32,000 nt of DNA from Candidatus Electronema halotolerans (GTDB taxonomy: Bacteria; Desulfobacterota; Desulfobulbia; Desulfobulbales; Desulfobulbaceae): positions 1,110,001-1,142,000 of the forward strand of contig OW818675.1 of assembly GCA_942493095.1 (NCBI GenBank), written 5' to 3'. The notes below the pieces were generated by a model that saw only the letters and a program-made list of their open reading frames with translations, made no database searches and had not been told where the DNA came from. Numbering within the stretch: position 1 is the stretch's first letter; every line of letters begins with the position of its first letter. This document shows positions 7,104-16,100 of the stretch, in pieces. The translations under genes and the position numbers were made by a program.

Positions 7104-9260
7104 TCAGGGATGGGCGATCAGCAGCAGAGCGTTGCTCCGGCGCAGAACGCAGTCCAAGGCAATATGCAGGGTTTCCGGGTCAAGAGCGGCAAAACTTTCA
7201 TCCAAAATAATCAAATCCGCCTTCTGGAGCAAGGTGCGAGCGACAAATAAACGGCTGCGCTCGCCATGCGAGAGCCGCCAGCCGCCTTCGCCGACCATCT
7301 GCTGGATGCCCGCAGGCATGGTCTCCAGCAGCTCGCCCAGCTTCAGCTCCTGACAGATTGCCTCAGCCTCAGCCAAGTCCTCCTCTGAGGGCGGCCACGC
7401 CCTGCCCATGAGCAGGTTGAAGGCGAATGTCTCTGTGAGCACATAGTTCTGATGAAACTGGGGGGCAATGACAACCCGCCTGCGCCAAGTCTCTTCGCCC
7501 AGCACGTTCCGGCTCAGGCCAAACAAGCGCAATGTGCCGGAATCAGGAAGTTCCAGTCCGCTCAACAGGGCGGCCAAGGTCGATTTGCCGCTGCCGGAGG
7601 CCCCTTCCAAGAGCAGATGCTGGCCTGCCTGCACAGTCAGGCTGCACTGTTCCAAGATCAATTGGCGGGCCGCCTGCGGGCCAGGATAGGCAAAGCTGAC
7701 GTTATCGGCTGCAATGATTGGACTGCCTGCCTCCTGCCGCTGTTTGAAGCGGGCCGGAGAAATATATTTGGCTGCCTTCTGCGCCCGTTCCCGCTCTGCC
7801 GCCTGATAGAGCGGATGGACCTGCTGCCAGCTGATCATGGCTTCAATAAGCTGGCGGATGCTCTGGGTGCATTGATCCAAGGCCGAGGCTGCCAGCAGGG
7901 TGCCGCCCAAGCTGACTGCCAGCAAAGTGAGGTTGGAACCAGCAGTGAAAGCGGTGAAAAGCAGGCTGACCGGCAGCCAGCCCCGGCGGCCAGCGGCACT
8001 TTCCACTGCCGCCTGCATGGTGTCCGCCCTTTTGGCCAGCATTGCGTACTTGGCAAGGAGCTGATCTTCCAGCTTATGCCGTTCCAACGGCCTTTCCTGA
8101 GCAAGGCGGGTGCGATGGCCTGCCATGCGCTCGACAAGGTCGCAGGTCATCCGCCGATGATGATTCTGCCAGGCGAGCATCCGCTGATGCCAAATGCGGC
8201 TCAAGAGGCCGATGCCAGCCAGCCAGGCCAGCAGGAGCAGGCCGTGGGCAAGGCCACCGGAGCCGAGTATCAGCACCATTGCCGCGATCAGGGCCTCCAT
8301 GCAGGCGGTGAAGGCGGCAAAGGCCATGCTCATGCCCAAGGCCTCCAGCTTTTCTATTTCCTGGACATTGCCAAGAAAGTGGCCGCTGCCCTGATGCCGT
8401 ATCTCTGCCGCCTTTAATTGCAGGATGCCGCTCAAAAGACGGCTGCGCAGGAGCACGCCGAACCGGAGCGAGAGGCGGTTTTTGATCTGGACAGTGATTA
8501 GCTGCAAGGGAATCATGCTCAGGAGGAGCAGACCCCATATCTGCATGGCGGTCAGCTCTGGCCGCCCTTGCAGCAGGGTTCTGCCGATCAGCACAGACGC
8601 GGCCAGCATGAACAGGCGGTTCAGCAGAATTGCGCTGACAAGCCAGCCGCCCTGCTGAGGGAAATCAGCCCGGCGGAGCTGCTGGAGGAAATTTGCGCTG
8701 GGCGGCAGGCGCAGCAGCCAACAGCCGTCAATCTTGGCCGCTGCCAGACACTCGCGCAGCAAAGACTGCCGCGCTTCAGCCCGCTGTCCGCCATGCGCGT
8801 CAACGGTGTCCAGCATCTCTTCGACAGCAGGCAGCAGCGGGGCCTCCAGCTCTTGGGTCAGCAGCTTGCGCACTGCTTGAATATCCACGGCATGGATTCT
8901 GCCGTCTCGGCCCAGCAGCTGGACTTTGCGGCGGCGGCTGCCGACTGCGGCAATGAAGCGCGGCGCGACGCAGGATTCCGCTTCCGGGAGCAAAAAGAGC
9001 GCAGGCCCGCCGCTGGCCAGCAGCCGTTCCACATCCGCGTAGGCGGTTTCTGCGGCCAAGGATTCCAAGCCAAGCTGCTTGGCTCCGTTCTCCAGCCAAG
9101 CACTGATCAATTCCTGATTTGGCTCCGGCTCTGCGAATGGCTGCAGGTCTGCTGTCGGCGCAACAGCGTTTGGCAGCAGAGCCGCTTTGCGGGCCAGCAA
9201 AGGAACTGCTTCATGAAATGAACTGACAGGCCATGCGGCCTCGATGGGCAGTGGATTCAA
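7104..9260 (-). CDS. ABC exporter, fused permease/ATPase with ~200-aa N-terminal extension (718 aa)
   Basis: Walker A GASGSGKST, atypical signature LSHGERSRL, Walker B LIILDESFAALD and a hydrophobic TMD in the middle. The only possible start is TTG at 9260, because an in-frame TAA lies 2 codons upstream. No clear SD is present. Confidence 0.85.
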   Translation of the reverse strand: MNPLPIEAAWPVSSFHEAVPLLARKAALLPNAVAPTADLQPFAEPEPNQELISAWLENGAKQLGLESLAAETAYADVERLLASGGPALFLLPEAESCVAPRFIAAVGSRRRKVQLLGRDGRIHAVDIQAVRKLLTQELEAPLLPAVEEMLDTVDAHGGQRAEARQSLLRECLAAAKIDGCWLLRLPPSANFLQQLRRADFPQQGGWLVSAILLNRLFMLAASVLIGRTLLQGRPELTAMQIWGLLLLSMIPLQLITVQIKNRLSLRFGVLLRSRLLSGILQLKAAEIRHQGSGHFLGNVQEIEKLEALGMSMAFAAFTACMEALIAAMVLILGSGGLAHGLLLLAWLAGIGLLSRIWHQRMLAWQNHHRRMTCDLVERMAGHRTRLAQERPLERHKLEDQLLAKYAMLAKRADTMQAAVESAAGRRGWLPVSLLFTAFTAGSNLTLLAVSLGGTLLAASALDQCTQSIRQLIEAMISWQQVHPLYQAAERERAQKAAKYISPARFKQRQEAGSPIIAADNVSFAYPGPQAARQLILEQCSLTVQAGQHLLLEGASGSGKSTLAALLSGLELPDSGTLRLFGLSRNVLGEETWRRRVVIAPQFHQNYVLTETFAFNLLMGRAWPPSEEDLAEAEAICQELKLGELLETMPAGIQQMVGEGGWRLSHGERSRLFVARTLLQKADLIILDESFAALDPETLHIALDCVLRRSNALLLIAHP

Positions 9261-9322
9261 GTTTTAAGTGCAACTTAGAGGGACTGCCGAAAAATGATGA
9301 ATGGCAAGGGTGATAATATCTA

Positions 9323-10192
9323 TCAGCGCAATGACTTGACAAGACGAAACCCTAAAAAGCTGTATCGGTCATTCGGATCGTACTTGATGCGGCAGGCGGC
9401 CCGGCAATGCTTGGCATCTGCGCTCCAAGCACCGCCACGGGCAATATGCAGCCGCCCCTGACTGCAAAGCGGATCAACAATGCCTTCACGATAGGTGTCC
9501 GAGACAATCATATCTTTTTTCTCATCCCAGTCGCATTGGTCCAAGCATCGCTCCAGCACATTGCCATGCACATCATGCAGACCCCACCTGTTTGGCCGCG
9601 ACCAGCTGACAGGAAGCGTCTGGTTTCTGTTCACGCCGCTGTTCTGACAGCCCGGCAGCGGATTCACTGCATCATTGAAATTGACCTCTTCTGCTGAAAG
9701 GCAGTCTCCAAAAGCAAAACGGGCATTGCCGCCTGCCCGGCAGGCATATTCCCATTCCGCTTCAGTAGGCAGGCGGCACAGTTCTCCCTCCTCTGCCAGC
9801 CAATTGATAAACGCCTCAATGTCGTGCATGGAAACACAGGTCACAGGATGCTCATCTGTTTGCGCAAACCCCGGAGTCTGCCACGTGCAGGAGGAATTTT
9901 TGCTCCATTCTTCCTCAAACTGGCCACCCGCACCATCACCAAATAAACCAATGGCACCGTCTTCCTTTTCCGCTTGGGTGAGGAAACCGGTCGCATCAAC
10001 GAAACGCCGCCACTGCCCAACTGTCACCGGCGTTGTCTGGAGATAAAAACCTTTGCTCAGTGTAACCTTGTGCAGCAGTTCATCAGCATATCTGCCCACC
10101 TCATCTTCAGGACTGCCCATCATGAAGGTGCCAGGCTGGATATGAACAAATGTCATGTCGAGCCGGTTTTGCAGACTCTTTTCATTGGTCAT
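9323..10192 (-). CDS. FGE-sulfatase (SUMF1/EgtB/PvdO) family protein, paralog 2 (289 aa)
   Basis: Motifs: FVHIQPGTFMMGSP, HKVTLSKGFYLQTTPVTVGQW, HPVTCVSMHD, RLPTEAEWEYACRAG, WGLHDVHGNVLE, RGGAW....CRAA..., LGFRL. I prefer the ATG at 10192, which has AAGGAG at 10199-10204 (6-nt spacer), over the track start at 10252. It overlaps the NRPS B stop by 11 nt. Confidence 0.85.
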   Translation of the reverse strand: MTNEKSLQNRLDMTFVHIQPGTFMMGSPEDEVGRYADELLHKVTLSKGFYLQTTPVTVGQWRRFVDATGFLTQAEKEDGAIGLFGDGAGGQFEEEWSKNSSCTWQTPGFAQTDEHPVTCVSMHDIEAFINWLAEEGELCRLPTEAEWEYACRAGGNARFAFGDCLSAEEVNFNDAVNPLPGCQNSGVNRNQTLPVSWSRPNRWGLHDVHGNVLERCLDQCDWDEKKDMIVSDTYREGIVDPLCSQGRLHIARGGAWSADAKHCRAACRIKYDPNDRYSFLGFRLVKSLR

Positions 10193-13100
10193 TGTTCTCT
10201 CCTTGGTCTGGTGCAAAATATTCAGACAGAATTGCCGTCCAGTTCTCCACATGCGGCGAGAACATCATGCTCATGTGATTTCCTCCGACCCAATGTTCTC
10301 TGACTTCAGCCGTAGTGCATTCAGGCCAGCCTTGGGTCACGAATTCTCTATTGGCCAAGCCGCCGAAGCCGTCAGTTGATTCACTGGCGCAAAACAGATG
10401 AATTGGACAATGAAGATTGCCCGGCATGACATAGACTTGATCTGCCTGGCAGGTGCGCTTATAGACATTGACCATTGCTTTCAGCTCGTCAAGCGAGGTG
10501 TTGGGAGCAAAGATATTGTGCTGCCGGAACAGTTCCATGACATGCTCATACGCAGCCTCCAGATTTCCAAAGGCTTCCAAGTCTTGGACAGAGACGTTCA
10601 AATCTGTCTGCTGTGTTGTCTCAAAGGCATAGACAATATCATGCAGCCAATTATACTCATTGTAAAAGTCCATTTCATCATGTTCGGGCGGCGAGTTCGG
10701 CGCATAGGTGTCCAAGATGGCAAGACCCTGCACCTGCTCTCCTTCCTGCTCCAGCAGCCAAGCCAACTCATAGGCGACTCGTCCGCCAGCAGAATGGCCG
10801 ACTAAGAAGTGCGGACCAGTAATGTGCTGCTGCCGCAGATTCTGCCGATGAAAGAGTGCCAGCTCCTTTAAATCTTGAATTGCAGCAAAGGAGCCGTCCA
10901 AGCCCGGCGATTGCAGCGCATAAACAGGATACATTCCGCCCAAGCTGGAGGCAAGAGAATAAAAATACATGACCGAACCAGTCGCTTCCGGCAGCAGGAG
11001 CATGACACCCTTGCCCGCCTTCCCGCTCCGCAGCGGAATCAGGCAAGAGGAATCATCTGTTCTCCTTTCACGCAGCTGCTCGGCCAGCTCGGCGACGGTC
11101 GGGCTTTTAAACAGGCTGCTGACAGGCAGTTTCAGGTCAAACTGCTGGTGTATCTTGGCCATGAGCTGCAAGGCCAGCAGGGAATGGCCGCCGAGTTCAA
11201 AGAAGTTGTCATGGATGCTGATCCTGCTTTGGTTGAGCACGGCTTCCCAGATGGAAATCAGTTGCAGCTCAGTTGCGTCACGGGCAAATTTTTTCTCCTC
11301 CTGAAGATAGCTGCTCACCTCAAGTAATGCCAGCATGTTGCGGTCAATCTTGCCGCTGGGCGCAATCGGCATGGTCTCAACAACGCAGAAGGCTGCCGGA
11401 ATCATGTAGTCCGGCAAATGCTGCTGCAGCCATGAGCGCATGGCCTGCGTCTCCACCGGACATCGGACGGTGAGATACGCAACAAGCTGGCTGTCCGCTT
11501 CATCCTCTCTCCGCAGCAGGACCACCGCCTCGCTCACCGCCTCATGCTGGCGCAGCACAGCTTCAATCTCACCCAGTTCGATGCGGAAGCCGCGCAGCTT
11601 GATCTGATTGTCAACTCGGCCAATATATTCTATATTGCCATCAGGAAGCCATCTCGCCAAATCGCCGGTCTTGTACACCCGCTGCCGCTCGCCAAGCAGC
11701 TCAAGCGTGACAAACTGTTGTTCCGTAAGTTCAGGCCGGTTCAAATAGCCCCGCGCAAGACTCGCTCCGGCAATGCAGAGTTCTCCAGCAATGCCAAACG
11801 GCTGAATTTGATAATCCGCATTCAGAATATAGAGTTTGGTGTCAGCGGTGGATCTGCCAATCGGCACGGTTGAACAAGTTTCCGGCAGCGGATTGGGCAG
11901 CGTGTAGAGGGATGAGGCAATAACTGCCTCGGTCGGCCCATATTCATTGATGCAGGTCACATTTGGAAAGAGCTGCTGGGTTTTCCGCGCCAAGGCAACG
12001 GGAAAAACATCGCCGGCAAAAATCAGCAGACGCATCCTGTCGAGCTGCCGGGTCACATTTTCAACTTCACACATCTGCTGCCAGTAAGGTGCAGGAATAT
12101 CAACGACTGTGGCTTTTGTTTCATGCAGATATTCAATCAAGTCAAGAGGATTGATCAGTTCTTCCCGCAGCATTATCAAAGCTGCTCCGCCGAGCCATGT
12201 GCAGAAAATCTGTTCAATGGAAGGATCAAAACTTAGCGGCAGAAATTGCAGCACCCTGTCATCGCTGTCTATCCTGTAATAGTCACGCATATAGAGGCAA
12301 TGCAAGGCGATGGGGCCATGCTCCACGCATACGCCTTTTGGCAGTCCGGTTGAGCCGGAAGTATAGATGACATAGGCCAAATCCTCCGGCTTGCTGCGCC
12401 GCTGCGGATTGCCCAGAGCAGCCGCCTGCGCTGCTGTCTTGTCAACATCAATAATAACAAGCTGTTCAAGAGCTAAAAATTTCTCTTTTAACTGTTCTTG
12501 AGTCAGGACAATTTTAGTGCTGCTGTCTTCCAGCATGAAACAAAGACGCTCTGCCGGATAATCTGTGTGCAGCGGCAAATAGGCAGCACCTGTTTTAAGC
12601 ACCGCCAGCAGGGCAATCAGCATGGCCGGTGAACGCTCGACGCAGAGGCCGACTAAGGTGTTTGCCTGCAACCCATGATCTTGAATAAGAGAATGCGCCA
12701 GCGCATTGGCCCTGTCATTGAGCTGCTGATAGGTCAGCTGCTGTTCTTCAGTGATGACGGCAACAGCATGAGGTGTTTCTGCAACTTTGGCTTCAAAAAA
12801 ATCAGCCAATGCCTGCTTGCGTGAATAGGTGCTGGCGGTGTCATTCCATTGCTGAATGCAGCGCGCCTCCTCTGCTGTCAGCAGCGGCAGGGTGCGGATA
12901 TCAGCCTGCGGATTGTCAACTATGCCTTGCAGCAGCACGTCAAAATGTTCTGCCAAACTGATGATTGTCGCCTTGTCAAAAATATCTGTGGCATATTCCC
13001 ACCAGCAGGACAGTTGCTTGTCCTTTGTCACTGCGGTCAGGGTCAGGTCAAATTTGGCCACAGGATATTCAACATCCATGACGCTGACTTCCAAATCCGG

Positions 13101-16100
13101 CAGCGAGAGCGTGGAAACCTCATTATTTTCCAAGGCGAACATTACCTGAAACAAGGGGCTGTGGCGCATGCTGCGCACAGGATGCAGCTCTTCGACCAAA
13201 ATGTCAAAAGGAATGTCCTGATGTGTGTACGCATCCAAACAGGTCTGGCGGGTTGCCCGCAGGAGATCAAGAAAGCTCAGTTTCGATTCCCGCTTTTCAA
13301 GAGTGGCAAAGTTGGTCCGCAGAACCAAGGTGTTGACAAAAAAACCAATCAGATTTTCTGTCTGCTTCTGTGTCCGGTTGGCAATCGGCGTGCCGACACA
13401 GATGTCATCCTGTCCGCTGCACCGGGCAAGCAAAATATTGAAGGCTGCCAATAAGGTCATGAAAAGTGTGGCATTATTCTCCTGACCAAATGCGGCCAGC
13501 TTTTCACTTAATTTCTCAGAAAGCTGAAACTGGCAAACATCACCATGATATTTCCGCTCCTCTGTGCGCGGTCTGTCAAAAGGCAGCTCAATTGCATCAG
13601 GAATGCCTGCCAGCTGTCGTTTCCAATAGTCAACCTGTTCTTGTAGGATTTCACCTTGCAGCCAATCTTTCTGCCATGCCGCATAGTCACTGTAGGCGAT
13701 TTCAAGTCGGGGCAGGACTGGGCGTTCTTCCTGAGCAAAAGCAGCATAGGCCGCCTGCCATTCCTTGACAAAAAGCACCATGGACCAGCCGTCGCTGACA
13801 ATATGGTGCATGTTGAGCAGCAGAACAAACTCTTTTTCATTGAAAAATAAACATTCGGCCCGAAACAGGGCATCCTGCGTCAGGTCAAAAGGTGCAATGG
13901 CGTGCGCATTGACACGTCTTGCCACTTCCTCTTCTTTTTGATCATCAGGAAGACCAGTCAAATCATGAAATTGCAAAAAATCCATCTGCGCAGTTGGCGC
14001 AATGCTGATTTTCGCCTGTCCATTTTGAACATTGAAATAGGTGCGCAGGGTGCTGTGACGCTCCAAGATCAGCATCAGACTTTGCTTGAGAGCACTGGTG
14101 TGCAAATGGCCTGAGAGCTGCAAGGCCAAGGGAATATTATATTGCTCGCTGATGCCGCCCTCAAGCTGACTTAGAAACCATAAGCGCCGCTGGGCAAAGG
14201 AGAGCATCAGCTCCGCATTGTCCGGCTGCATGGCAATTGGCGGCAGGGTGATGGTGTCACGGCAGTCGGCAATCGCGTCAACCAGACCGGAGAGGGTCGG
14301 ATATTCAAAGACCTTGCGGACCGGCAGCTCAACCTGAAACAATTCTCGAACCCGGGCGACCAACTGCATGGCAAGCAGGGAGTTGCCGCCCCGCTCAAAA
14401 AAGCTGTCCTCCCTGCTGACCTGTTCCGCGTTCAGGAGCTTGCCCCACATCGCAGCAAGCAGCTCTTCTTCTTGGGTCAAAGGCTTTGCGCCTTCTGCGC
14501 CGCTTGCTTCCGGCACTGGCAGCGCCTTGCGGTCAATCTTGCCATTCGCTGTCAGCGGGAAGAATTCAATGGCAATAATGTGCTTCGGCAGCATGTAGTT
14601 GGGCAGACGTTCCTGAAGCCAGTCATGCAGTTCTTCAATATTGCAAGAAGCGGCTTGGCTTGTGCAATAGGCGGCTAAAAATTTGCCATTACCATGTCCC
14701 TGCAAAGTGACCAGCGCATCTTCCACTCTTGGATGCTGCCGCAAGGCCGCTTCAATATCGCCCAATTCAATACGGAAGCCATTGATCTTGACTTGGAAGT
14801 CATCGCGGCCTAAAAATTCAACATTGCCGTCGGCAAGATACCGCCCCAAGTCTCCTGTCCTGTACAGACGCTCGCCAGTGCGGGGATGCCTGATGAAACT
14901 GGCCGAAGTTTTTTCCTCATCACCCCAGTAGCACTGGGCCAAGCCAAGGCCGCCAATATACAGACTTCCCGGAACGTGGACTGGGCAAGGTTCCAAAAAT
15001 TTATTGAGCACATGAATCTGCTGATTGCGCAGCGGTCGGCCATAAGGGATGCTTGTCCAAGTTGGATCAACATGAGTAATGGGATAATGAATTGACCAGA
15101 TTGCAGCTTCTGTTGCGCCGCCAAGACTGATCACATCAGCCTGCGGAAACAGTTTCTTGATTTTGTCTGGCAGGCTTGTCGGAATCCAATCGCCGCTCAT
15201 CATGACCAGCCGCAATGAATCAGGAATAAGATCAGACTGTCCGGTAATATAGTCAACATAAATCTGCATCAGGGCAGGAACGGTGTTCCACAGGCTGACA
15301 TGATGCCGAGCCATCATTTTGGCCCAATACGCAGGTTCCTGCGCAAATTCAGGCTGCGGAACAATGACTGTTCCGCCGACGCTGAGAAGACCGAAAATAT
15401 CATAGACAGAAAGATCAAAACTCAGCGACGACAGAGCCAAAATACTGTCATGTTCAGTGACTGAAAAACGCTCATTGATATCGTCAATCGTATTTATTGC
15501 GGAACGATGACTGACCACCACCCCTTTTGGCTGTCCTGTTGAGCCAGAGGTGAAGATGACATAGGCAGTTTCATCAGGATGGATGCTGCTGTTCAGATTC
15601 TCTCCTGAATATGCTGCCAGAAGCAACTCCTCATAATAAACAGTCATGCAGCCTTGCGGCAGTTGCAGCTGTTCTCCAGTGCTTCGAGATGTTATGAGAT
15701 ATTTTGCTCCACTCTGGGCCAAAATTTGTTGAATCCGCTCTGCCGGATAGGTCGGATCAATCGGCAGATAGGCCATGCCAGCCTTGAGAACCGCCAGCAC
15801 ACTGACAATCATTTCGGGCGAACGGGGAAGGCTGACGGCAATAAACGGATTCTTTTCCCGATCAGGCTTGCAGGTGAGAAGATGATGGGCCAGCTGATTG
15901 GACTGCTGATTTAATTGTCTGTAGGTGACAATCTGATCAGCAAAGATAATCGCGGTATTGTCTGGATTTGCCCCAGCCTGCTCTTCAAAGTGATTGAACA
16001 GGGTGCAGTCTGGGACAGCTCCGGCTGTCTGATTCCATATTTGCTGCTGCTGATATTCCTGTTTGGTCAGCATATTCAGCTTGGCAACAGCTTTATCTGG

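Noticed and set aside
9323-10252. Longer track starts for FGE paralog 2 (10252) and the radical SAM gene (19180)
   Set aside because: Internal ATGs at 10192 and 19084 are each preceded by a perfect AAGGAG with a 6-nt spacer and align with the start of the paralog or the conserved core. The upstream extensions look non-coding (for example KSPTFFKKEKK).
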